This document shows, piece by piece, positions 18,826-26,768 of a stretch of DNA of 64,000 bases. Within the stretch, counting starts at the first letter, position 1, and each line of letters begins with the position of its first letter. The notes below the pieces were generated by a model. The model did no database searches. It was not told the origin of the DNA and worked only from the letters and a program-made list of their open reading frames with translations. Origin of the DNA: an uncultured Planctomycetales bacterium (GTDB lineage: Bacteria; Omnitrophota; Gorgyraeia; Zapsychrales; Fredricksoniimonadaceae); contig CAZOXU010000009.1 in the NCBI GenBank assembly GCA_964583975.1, positions 3,195 to 67,194 of the forward strand, in the 5' to 3' direction. A program made the translations under genes and the position numbers.

Positions 18826-18939
18826 TTCATTTTGATCAATAAATAATTAGTGACAGGCGCTGATTTTCTGCGAATATATAAACGGAAATTAGTATCTGTC
18901 ACTATTATTTAGTAAAGTTTTAAAGAAGGGAGACACAAC

Positions 18940-19431
18940 ATGGATCAAGCTCAATACAAATTATCCTCACCGATCGGGCAATTATATTTGGTGGCTTCCC
19001 CAAAAGGTTTACGAAGTGTTGGTTGGAAGAAACAGGCTGTTCCATTAAAGAAATCATTGAATCGTTTTTCTTCTCAAGAAGAAATCTTAGATAAGGCGCG
19101 CATTCAGTTAACAGAATATTTTGGTGGTAAAAGACGACAATTTGAGATTCCTTTTGATTTAGAAGGGACTTCATTTCAGAAACAGGTTTGGAAGGGCTTG
19201 TTTGAAATACCCTTTGGCAAGACGGTTTCTTATAAAGACATTGCTAAAAGAATTAAGAATCCCAAAGCCGTTCGAGCCGTCGGGTCAGCTAATGGAAAAA
19301 ATCCTGTCTGTGTTATGATTCCTTGCCACCGGGTGATTGCAGCTGATGGATCTATCGGAGGTTATTCGGGCGGCCTTAGCATCAAGCAAAAGCTTTTGAA
19401 GCTCGAGGGTATCATTAAGTCGATCAGTTAG
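18940..19431 (+). CDS. ogt: Methylated-DNA-protein-cysteine methyltransferase
   Basis: PCHRVI active-site motif, YKDIAKRI HTH and a 163-aa length. Confidence 0.85.
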   Translation: MDQAQYKLSSPIGQLYLVASPKGLRSVGWKKQAVPLKKSLNRFSSQEEILDKARIQLTEYFGGKRRQFEIPFDLEGTSFQKQVWKGLFEIPFGKTVSYKDIAKRIKNPKAVRAVGSANGKNPVCVMIPCHRVIAADGSIGGYSGGLSIKQKLLKLEGIIKSIS

Positions 19432-19435
19432 CCCA

Positions 19436-19726
19436 ATGACAAATTTAATAATTATTTCCATAGTTTTTTTCCTTGTTGCTATTTTGTTCTTGGGGCTTTG
19501 GATGGTCTATCACAAGAAGACCAAGGGTTCGAATAAATCTTTCAAAGGACTTCCGATCTTGGCTGCTGCGATCATCTGGGCCATATTCGGGATTTATCTA
19601 TTGAATTTGTTTTTTGTGGCTCAAGCAACAACAGGAGTTAGCCAAATCCGCTTAGAATATCTGGTTGACCTTCCATTTCTTGGCTTGGTAAGTTTTATTG
19701 CCTTTATTAGTTATCTACTTGTATAG
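19436..19726 (+). CDS. Small integral membrane protein (3 TM)
   Basis: Hydrophobic segments only. Confidence 0.35.
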   Translation: MTNLIIISIVFFLVAILFLGLWMVYHKKTKGSNKSFKGLPILAAAIIWAIFGIYLLNLFFVAQATTGVSQIRLEYLVDLPFLGLVSFIAFISYLLV

Positions 19727-20872
19727 CTTGATAATTAACGGATAAACCTCGACACAGCGCATGATGACAAGTCCCACCACCATAAGTATCAATGAACCTA
19801 AAGCCCATCGTTGTCGCTGATAAAATCCGCACAACTCTTTTAATACATAGCAGGCTGTGATGATTCCCAAGGGAGCTAGGAAGATGTAATAACGTACCGA
19901 TAGTTCGTATCGTTCGGTGGGCACATGTCCATAGGTTATGGCTGAGATAAACAGCAGAGTGTTCAGAGAAAGAATCATTAATAGGATGCAAAATAAGAAT
20001 GCATCTGACGCTTTGGCGAGCTTCTTTTGTGTAAGTAATAGCACTGCAAGATAGAAGGTGGCTAGACAGAAAATGTCGGAAGCGACATTGGTTGTAATAA
20101 ACTTCCAAATCGATCCACTAAACCAAAACTGGTCGACGCGTGTATGGCTGTAATAGTATAGACAAATGGCTATTGGAACTATGGAAGAATAAGCATATTT
20201 CTTCCAATTTCTTTCTTTGAATATCCACAGCAGCAAGGTAATGACACTAATTTGTATGGCTGAGAAAATGACTGTAAAACTCAAGAGGAAGTTGACGATG
20301 GTAAAGCCAGTAAACCATGACGGGTAATTTTTCTTTGTGTTTAATAGTTGGGAGAAAATTAGCATCTGCACGGTTGTTAAAAGAAACCACAGCGCATAAG
20401 GTCGAGCTTCAGCCCAATAAGCCCAGACCATAAATGAAGATAGGCACAGCACCAGGGCATAGATTCCTAAACTCCACGAATAAAATCGGGCAAAGAAATA
20501 GAAAAGCAAGGTGATGGCCAGAGACATGCATACATTGGGTGCGATACGCAAAATGAACTGAGCTTTCGGATCAACAATAGTATTCACATCCCACGGTAGA
20601 GGAATTTTAAAACCAGCGATATCTCCAATGCATTTTTGGATGAGATAAAATAGAGGGCAAATATTTCCCTCAGGATTGTGTTCGAAAATAATTTGAGCAT
20701 AAGAGAGTTGTTGGATGCTATTGACTTGCGAGAAAGCTTCATCATTCCACAATGGTTTCTTAGAAGCTAACTGGAAACCAATGCTTAGTAAAGCTAGAAA
20801 AATGACGATAGATGCTACGAGGACAGCTAGAGATTTCTTCATAAAAAAATTATAGTGTGTTTTGAATAACAA
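19715..20872 (-). CDS. Polytopic membrane protein (~11 TM), possibly glycosyltransferase-C/polymerase-like
   Basis: 385 aa, mostly TM helices. No catalytic motif recognised. Confidence 0.4.
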   Translation of the reverse strand: MLFKTHYNFFMKKSLAVLVASIVIFLALLSIGFQLASKKPLWNDEAFSQVNSIQQLSYAQIIFEHNPEGNICPLFYLIQKCIGDIAGFKIPLPWDVNTIVDPKAQFILRIAPNVCMSLAITLLFYFFARFYSWSLGIYALVLCLSSFMVWAYWAEARPYALWFLLTTVQMLIFSQLLNTKKNYPSWFTGFTIVNFLLSFTVIFSAIQISVITLLLWIFKERNWKKYAYSSIVPIAICLYYYSHTRVDQFWFSGSIWKFITTNVASDIFCLATFYLAVLLLTQKKLAKASDAFLFCILLMILSLNTLLFISAITYGHVPTERYELSVRYYIFLAPLGIITACYVLKELCGFYQRQRWALGSLILMVVGLVIMRCVEVYPLIIKLYK

Positions 20873-21077
20873 ATCTATAGCTTATGGTTACTTTCGAATA
20901 GGTGATATAGGAGTAGGGCAATAATAGTCATTGTGCCTAACCGACTAATCAAGTATAGTAACAGCTAAATAGATAACTCTCACCCGACAGATCTCTCGAT
21001 GTTCTTATCTAGAATCTGCTAGCCCTACCTTCTATTGATTATTTATCTTCATTCTGAACAATAAGGGAGGCTTCACC
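20873..21077 (+). promoter_or_regulatory. Long (~200 nt) untranslated leader upstream of the CSD-protein/infA pair (possible cold-responsive 5'UTR)
   Basis: No ORF in the interval. Strong RBS AAGGGAGG at its 3' end. Flanked by convergent/divergent gene ends. Confidence 0.3.
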
Positions 21078-21320
21078 ATGCAGGTAGGAAGCGTTAGTAA
21101 ACTATTTCAAGATAAAGAATATGGTTGTATTAGAACCCAGAATGGGCAAGACATTCATTTTCATAAGCACTGTCTTTGGAATATTAAATTCTCAGAATTA
21201 ACCGAAGGTCAAATTGTAGAGTTTGAAATGCAGCCGTCTTATAAAGGCTATCTTGCCTTTCATATTCGCCCATGTCCTTTAGAAGTTTGTAGTAATGACA
21301 AGAAAGAGACTTATGCCTAA
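21078..21320 (+). CDS. Cold-shock-domain (OB-fold) protein, divergent
   Basis: CSD-like pattern [22 protein letters not shown]...[12 protein letters not shown]. About 200-nt leader upstream. Confidence 0.5.
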   Translation: MQVGSVSKLFQDKEYGCIRTQNGQDIHFHKHCLWNIKFSELTEGQIVEFEMQPSYKGYLAFHIRPCPLEVCSNDKKETYA

Positions 21321-21534
21321 AGAAGAAGCCATTGAAGTAGAAGGAATTATTTCCAAAGCATTATCGAATGCTCAATTCACCGTGGAAATGCAAAACGGGC
21401 ATTTGATTACCGCTTATCCAGCTGGGAAAATGAAAAAGTTCTTTATCAAAATCCTTCCTGGAGACAAGGTCACTGTGGCCTTATCACCTTATGATTTAAA
21501 AAGAGGAAGAATTACATTTCGACATAAAGCGTAG
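21313..21534 (+). CDS. infA: Translation initiation factor IF-1
   Basis: [13 protein letters not shown]...[39 protein letters not shown] matches the IF-1 consensus. I set the start at the MPKEE Met. Confidence 0.85.
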   Translation: MPKEEAIEVEGIISKALSNAQFTVEMQNGHLITAYPAGKMKKFFIKILPGDKVTVALSPYDLKRGRITFRHKA

Positions 21535-21729
21535 TTTAGGGAAAGGAGAATATTTTGCTTAAAAAGATGGCAACTTCCAAAAAAGGAAGAAAGTGTAAAT
21601 ATCGTGGCTGTACGCATATTCTGAGTATTTACAATCATGAAACTTTTTGTCATGTCCATGCGCAACATTATGAAAAGAAACCAGCAGCCAAGTCCAAGTA
21701 GAATATAAGTGAAGGTGGTTCCTGCTTTT

Positions 21730-22506
21730 TTAAATTCCCAATGCTTGAAGCTTTTCTAATAAAAACCCTTGATTAAAACGGCCGATGTATTGATCGGATC
21801 CTGCCTGTGTGCATAATCTCATTGCTTCTTCAACAGCTTGAATAGATTCGACATCAATCCCCAGATTTTCTGGAAAGTAGGCATAGGTAATAATTTTAGT
21901 TTTAGCAAGATTATTTAAGCAGCGTATGGCGCCAATCAATTCAGGGGTAGAGGCAGTGTCTTGAAATAACACATCCATGATAATGGCGTGTGGAGTCATG
22001 CTTAAAGCTTTAGATAGAATTTCATCCGAACTGTGGGCGCTGAGTACTAAGTATTTCATTCCTTTTAGCACATTGACCATTTGGTCGATTACCACCTTAT
22101 GGCTGCCAGTAACCAGGATTTTGGGATATTTTTTGGCTTCATCCATGTCTTTTTGGACGTTTTTAATTTTCTCTAATAAGATATTTATATTGGTGGTCTT
22201 CTCGACAAAATTAGCAACACCAAGACTGGCGAAGGATTCTTTAAAGATAGCTTTATCAGTCACGATAATAATGGGAATATCTGCTGTTTTGGAATTCTTT
22301 TTAACTGCTTCGTAAAGATCAACGCCATCCATTTTTGGCATAACCACATCAGTGATAATTAGGTCGATGGATTGCTTGGATAAGACTTGCAGGGCTTCAA
22401 TCCCGTTGGCGGCAATATAGACCCAATAACCTTTGGATTCGAGCTGGGTTTTAACTAAAAGGGCGGTGCCGCGGTCATCTTCGGCTAAAAGAATGTTTTT
22501 AATCAT
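21730..22506 (-). CDS. Response regulator with a canonical receiver plus a second degenerate receiver-like domain
   Basis: LLAEDD...LIITDVVMPKMDG receiver. The C-terminal half has a receiver-like fold without clear output. Confidence 0.6.
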   Translation of the reverse strand: MIKNILLAEDDRGTALLVKTQLESKGYWVYIAANGIEALQVLSKQSIDLIITDVVMPKMDGVDLYEAVKKNSKTADIPIIIVTDKAIFKESFASLGVANFVEKTTNINILLEKIKNVQKDMDEAKKYPKILVTGSHKVVIDQMVNVLKGMKYLVLSAHSSDEILSKALSMTPHAIIMDVLFQDTASTPELIGAIRCLNNLAKTKIITYAYFPENLGIDVESIQAVEEAMRLCTQAGSDQYIGRFNQGFLLEKLQALGI

Positions 22507-22597
22507 GATGAAGTTATTATAGGACTAATCGTTAAACTATGTTAAATCATTTTATTATTAGCTAAGCCATTCGCCATGGTGTACACTTGGAATCCTT

Positions 22598-24499
22598 ATG
22601 GCACTGATTAGTCTACAAGAGATTACCTTGGCCTTTGGCGGCCCCTTATTATTTGAGCGATTAAGCCTGCAATTAGAAGCTGGTGAGCGGGTGGCTTTGC
22701 TCGGTCGCAATGGGGTCGGCAAAACCACCTTAATGAAGGTCATGGCTGGGCAAGTTGAAATTGATGGTGGTGAAATTGTCTACCAAAAAGGCATTAAGGT
22801 CACCCATCTGCCTCAGGAAGTGCCCCATGATATTAAAGGAACTGTCTTTGATGTGGTCTTTGAGGGCTTAGGCGAGCGAGCCAAACTCCTTAGTGACTAT
22901 CACCATGTCACTCATCGTTTACATACTGAACATACACCCGCTTTAATGCAAGAGCTTGATCGTTTACAAACTGAAATCGATAAAACCAATGGCTGGGACT
23001 TGGAGAATGAAGTTGAGTATGTCCTTTCCCAGATGAAATTAGACGGCGAGGCAGACTTTGAAAAACTCTCGGGAGGACAGAAACGACGTACCCTCCTGGC
23101 TCGGGCTTTGGTGGTCAAGCCTGAGATCCTGCTTTTAGATGAACCTACCAATCATTTGGATATCGATACCATCAATTGGCTGGAAGAATTCCTAAAAACC
23201 TACCCAGGCACCTTATTTTTTGTGACCCATGACCGTATGTTCATGACGCATTTGGCTACAAGGATTGTGGAGCTGGATCGAGGCAAGATTTATAACTGGT
23301 CGTGTGATTATGCGACATTTCTAGAACGTAAGAAGATGGTGTTGGATATCGAGGCAGCCCAGCGTGCAGATTTTGATAAGAAACTGGCTGAAGAAGAAGT
23401 TTGGATACGTAAAGGCGTTAAGGCGCGTCGTACCCGCAATGAAGGTCGTGTCAAAGCGCTCGAGCGTATGCGTGAAGAAAAGAAAAGCCAGCGTCAGATG
23501 ATAGGCAAGGCACGTATTGTGGCCCAGGAAGCTGAGAATTCTGGCCATCTGGTTATTAAAGCGGCGCATCTAGGGTTTCATTATGGTGAGCAGTGTATTA
23601 TCCGGGATTTCTCTACCCAAATCATGCGTGGCGATAAGATTGGGGTGATTGGGGCTAACGGTAGTGGCAAAACAACACTGCTGAGAATTCTTTTAGGACA
23701 ATTAGCACCGGAAAAAGGCAAGGTACGTTTAGGAACAAATTTAGAGGTGCTTTATTATGATCAATTGCGTGAACAATTAGATGAAGAAAAAACAGTCATT
23801 GAGAATGTGACTAAGGGCAGTGACACGGTGACCATCAATGGCAAGCCGCGCCACGTGATTGGCTACTTGCAGGATTTTTTATTCACGCCAGATCGGGCGC
23901 GTACGCCAGTCAAGGTGCTTTCAGGTGGTGAACGTAATCGACTTTTTCTAGCTCGTCTTTTTACTAAACCTTCTAATTTCTTGGTCATGGATGAGCCAAC
24001 CAATGATTTGGACATTGAGACACAGGAATTATTAGAAGAGCTGTTGATGGAGTATTCGGGCACCTTGATTTTGGTTAGTCATGATCGGGCCTTCTTAAAT
24101 AATGTGGTCACTTCAACCGTTGTGTTAGAAGGTCAAGGCGAAATCTATGAATATGCCGGTGGTTATGATGATTGGTTAGCCCAACGAAAGTCTCAAGCGA
24201 AGCTATCCGTAGCTGCACCTAAAGCAGAAAAGCCAGAGCCCAAGCCTGCCAAGGTCAAAGATATCCGTAAGCTTTCCTATAAAGAAGAAAGGGAATTAGA
24301 GCGTTTGCCAGAACAAATTGAAAAGCTCGAGGCAGAACATGAAGATCTGTATGCAAAATTAGCTGATCTAGGTTTTTATCAAAAAGATCCTAAGGAAGTA
24401 GCTAAAGCGCAAGCAAGAGTTGAGACTATTGGAGAAGAGCTCTTAAGGGCTTATGAACGTTGGGAATATCTAGAATCTTGTAAAAAGTTAAGTACATAA
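22598..24499 (+). CDS. uup: ABC-F family ATPase (Uup-like) with a C-terminal coiled-coil/DNA-binding tail
   Basis: Two ABC cassettes (GRNGVGKTT, LSGGQKRR, DEPTNHLD; GANGSGKTT, LSGGERNR, DEPTNDLD), no TM domain, charged C-terminal tail. Confidence 0.85.
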   Translation: MALISLQEITLAFGGPLLFERLSLQLEAGERVALLGRNGVGKTTLMKVMAGQVEIDGGEIVYQKGIKVTHLPQEVPHDIKGTVFDVVFEGLGERAKLLSDYHHVTHRLHTEHTPALMQELDRLQTEIDKTNGWDLENEVEYVLSQMKLDGEADFEKLSGGQKRRTLLARALVVKPEILLLDEPTNHLDIDTINWLEEFLKTYPGTLFFVTHDRMFMTHLATRIVELDRGKIYNWSCDYATFLERKKMVLDIEAAQRADFDKKLAEEEVWIRKGVKARRTRNEGRVKALERMREEKKSQRQMIGKARIVAQEAENSGHLVIKAAHLGFHYGEQCIIRDFSTQIMRGDKIGVIGANGSGKTTLLRILLGQLAPEKGKVRLGTNLEVLYYDQLREQLDEEKTVIENVTKGSDTVTINGKPRHVIGYLQDFLFTPDRARTPVKVLSGGERNRLFLARLFTKPSNFLVMDEPTNDLDIETQELLEELLMEYSGTLILVSHDRAFLNNVVTSTVVLEGQGEIYEYAGGYDDWLAQRKSQAKLSVAAPKAEKPEPKPAKVKDIRKLSYKEERELERLPEQIEKLEAEHEDLYAKLADLGFYQKDPKEVAKAQARVETIGEELLRAYERWEYLESCKKLST

Positions 24500-24548
24500 A
24501 GTTTGATTCTATTGGATTTTATCTTTATAGTAGATAAATAGATGAAGA

Positions 24549-24622
24549 TTCCTCGGCTAATGGCCTCGGAGATAAACCCGCTTGCCGGCAGGCAGGTTCG
24601 TCCCGTTAAGTTTCGGGACTCA
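24549..24622. repeat. GC-rich intergenic repeat element, copy A. Contains the palindrome CTTGCCGGCAGG and a TCGGCTAATGGCCTC loop motif.
   Basis: Shares TGCCGGCAGGCAGG with 32546-32559 and the TCGGCT..CCTC motif with the copies at 32588-32607 and 59158-59180. Also has the hairpin GTCCCG(n8)CGGGAC. Confidence 0.5.
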
Positions 24623-24637
24623 TTTAGGAGGAAGGTT

Positions 24638-25201
24638 ATGGATGACAGTTTAGCTAAACGTGGACACAGTCTTGAAGAGCTCTTCTTTAGAGAAAGATCG
24701 GCCCAGCTGATTGCCCAACGTCAAAAACTTGAACAAATGCAAAAAACTAAGGAAGATTTGGCCAAGGTGTCTCGGATCCAAAATCCTAAGGTTTTAGATA
24801 AATTAGTCGAACTTGAGATTTCACCCAGTGTTTTAGCATCACTGGCTATTCTTCCTTTGGTAGAGGTGGCCTGGGCTGATGGTCATTTAGATCAGAAAGA
24901 AAAAGATGCTGTTTTAGCTGGTGCAGCTAAAGGCGGAATTACCGAAGGTTCTGTTGATTACGATCTTCTTAATACTTGGCTTAAAGAGCGACCATCTCCT
25001 AAATTCTTAGAGGCCTGGCTTCATTTTATTGCAGGACTTCGTGAAGTTTTATCTCAAAGTGAATTAGATGCTTTAAAATCTGAATTGCTCGCCCGAGCTC
25101 GAAAAGTAGCTGAGGCCCAAGGAGGTATCTTAGGAGCTTTAAAGATATCTAAAGAAGAGCAGGCTGTTTTAAAGAAGATGGAAGATGCCTTCAAACGTTA
25201 A
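24638..25201 (+). CDS. TerB-like (tellurite-resistance/DjlA-N-type) domain protein
   Basis: LPLVEVAWADGHLDQKEKDAVL TerB-type helix pair. I set the start at the Met with a GGAGG RBS. Confidence 0.4.
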   Translation: MDDSLAKRGHSLEELFFRERSAQLIAQRQKLEQMQKTKEDLAKVSRIQNPKVLDKLVELEISPSVLASLAILPLVEVAWADGHLDQKEKDAVLAGAAKGGITEGSVDYDLLNTWLKERPSPKFLEAWLHFIAGLREVLSQSELDALKSELLARARKVAEAQGGILGALKISKEEQAVLKKMEDAFKR

Positions 25202-25208
25202 ATATTGA

Positions 25209-25487
25209 ATGTCTGATCCGTCACAATACCAACAATGGATGATGGAACAAGAAGCGCTCTGGGAAGCACGATGCACACGCTGTGGTGCTTGTTGTGGTTC
25301 TTTAGAAGATCCTTGCGAGAATCTCCGACGTAATGAAAATAATCAGTATTACTGTGCGGTCTATGAACGTCGTTTTGGTGTATGGCATACCATCTCTGGT
25401 AAAGAACTACGCTGCGTTCCTATCCGTCAGAAACTAGCCTTGGGTCAAAGTTGGCCTGGAGATCAACACTGCGGTTATAAACAATGA
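25209..25487 (+). CDS. CxxCxxCC zinc/iron-chelating domain protein (YkgJ/UPF0153-like)
   Basis: CTRCGACCGS motif plus additional Cys. Its stop overlaps the start of the next gene (ATGA). Confidence 0.5.
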   Translation: MSDPSQYQQWMMEQEALWEARCTRCGACCGSLEDPCENLRRNENNQYYCAVYERRFGVWHTISGKELRCVPIRQKLALGQSWPGDQHCGYKQ

Positions 25488-26374
25488 AATATTATTCCCC
25501 CCAACGACAAGATGATGCCCAAACTCGATTTCTTTCGGGTGTGCCGATTGATCCGAATCCACGGATACGCTTGGAGAATGGGTCTGGCGAATTGACCATG
25601 CGAGCGATGGATTTGATTTGTCCGATTGGTATGGGACAGCGTGGATTGATTGTGGCGCCGCCAGGATGTGGCAAAACAACCTTCTTAAAGCATTTGTGTC
25701 AGTCGATTCTTAAAGGTTACCCAGATATAAAATTGCATTGTCTTTTGATCGATGAACGCCCTGAAGAAGTCACTGATTTTACCCGCTCGGTAAAAGCCGA
25801 TGTGCGCAGTTCCTCTTCTGACCAAAGCTACGAACATCATTTGCAAACAGCCGATCAATTGATGCGCGATGTTTTCCAGGAAACAGCCCAGGGCGGCAAT
25901 GTCATGGTAGTGATTGATTCTTTGACCCGTCTGGCTCGGGTGCATAATGCCCAAAGGCCCTCAGGTGGCAGAACCCTTTCAGGAGGTGTGGATGCACGAG
26001 CCATGGAAGTGCCGAGGCGTATTTTTGGTTATGCCCGTAAGATTGAAGGTGGTGGCTCGCTGACAATTTTAGCAACCATCCTGGTTGAAACGGGTAGCCG
26101 TATGGATGAAGTTATTTTTGAGGAATTTAAAGGAACGGGTAATATGGAAATTGTGCTCTCGCGCGAGATAGCTAATCATCGTATTTTTCCAGCTATTGAT
26201 ATTGCCAAGAGTGCAACGCGTAAACAAGAGCTTTTATTTGAGGCCAAGCAGTATCAGCAGCTTGAGAAATTTAGACGTTCGCTCGCAGGGCTTAATAAGC
26301 TCGAGGCAGCCCAAGCGTTAGTTGAAAAGCTAAAAGCTAATCCTACCAACGACGGATTATTGAGTACGTATTAA
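25484..26374 (+). CDS. rho: Rho-family RNA-dependent ATPase lacking the N-terminal primary RNA-binding (OB/CSD) domain
   Basis: Aligns with E. coli Rho from about residue 120 to the end: P-loop [30 protein letters not shown]-loop region, SLTRLARV, R-loop GGVDA...[10 protein letters not shown], and [29 protein letters not shown]. Confidence 0.75.
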   Translation: MKYYSPQRQDDAQTRFLSGVPIDPNPRIRLENGSGELTMRAMDLICPIGMGQRGLIVAPPGCGKTTFLKHLCQSILKGYPDIKLHCLLIDERPEEVTDFTRSVKADVRSSSSDQSYEHHLQTADQLMRDVFQETAQGGNVMVVIDSLTRLARVHNAQRPSGGRTLSGGVDARAMEVPRRIFGYARKIEGGGSLTILATILVETGSRMDEVIFEEFKGTGNMEIVLSREIANHRIFPAIDIAKSATRKQELLFEAKQYQQLEKFRRSLAGLNKLEAAQALVEKLKANPTNDGLLSTY

Positions 26375-26377
26375 TTA

Positions 26378-26590
26378 TTATTCGTTTTCTCTTCGAACAT
26401 CCATCGTAACAATTTCTCCACCTCTGATCTTTAGGCATATGACAATAGGTGCGCAGCAGACTTCACAATCCACAATGAGTTCTTGGGTAGAGCCGGCTGT
26501 AAGGTCAAGCAAAAGTTCGTTGTCTTGACTGCAGTAAGGACAAGCAAAGGGTTCAAATTGTTCTAAAGACATACGTATGCAGTGTAACAT
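26378..26590 (-). CDS. CPXCG-motif cysteine-rich small protein
   Basis: FACPYCSQDNELLLD...ELIVDCEVCCAPIV matches the CPXCG family pattern. Confidence 0.55.
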   Translation of the reverse strand: MLHCIRMSLEQFEPFACPYCSQDNELLLDLTAGSTQELIVDCEVCCAPIVICLKIRGGEIVTMDVRRENE

Positions 26591-26691
26591 AAAGTAACAG
26601 AATTTTAAAGTTCAGTTGTAGGGTTATAAATCGTTGCAGCATATGTACTTATGGTATAGTTTTATTTGAATTTGAAATGACGGTCAATTTC

Positions 26692-26719
26692 TTGACAATC
26701 AAGAAATATGTGGTATCTT
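26692..26719 (+). promoter_or_regulatory. Sigma70-type promoter (TTGACA, 16-17 nt spacer, TGgTATCTT extended -10) with an overlapping 9-bp inverted repeat operator
   Basis: TTGACA at 26692-26697 and TGgTATCTT at 26711-26719. The palindrome ATTTCTTGA-caa-TCAAGAAAT spans 26687-26707. Confidence 0.5.
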
Positions 26720-26768
26720 TGCACTAAGTTTTTACCAATTTTTTATACTAATTTTACCCCAAAAATCT

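Noticed and set aside
21730-22506. Interpreting the second half of the minus-strand response regulator as a distinct output (DNA-binding) domain
   Set aside because: Residues 130-258 show a receiver-like alternating beta/alpha pattern without an HTH or enzymatic motif. I kept it as a dual-receiver protein rather than assigning an output function.
24549-24622. tRNA-like reading of the GC-rich intergenic elements (GGTTCGTCCCG resembles a T-loop)
   Set aside because: No acceptor stem, D-arm or anticodon arm can be built. The same core recurs as short palindromes at two other loci, which fits a repeat or terminator element rather than a tRNA.
25209-25487. Possibility that the Rho N-terminal domain is encoded upstream and joined by a frameshift
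   Set aside because: The upstream 92-aa ORF is complete and Cys-rich with no OB/CSD-like sequence. The rho-like frame has a TAA at 25478-25480. The preceding TerB-like protein also lacks Rho_N similarity.
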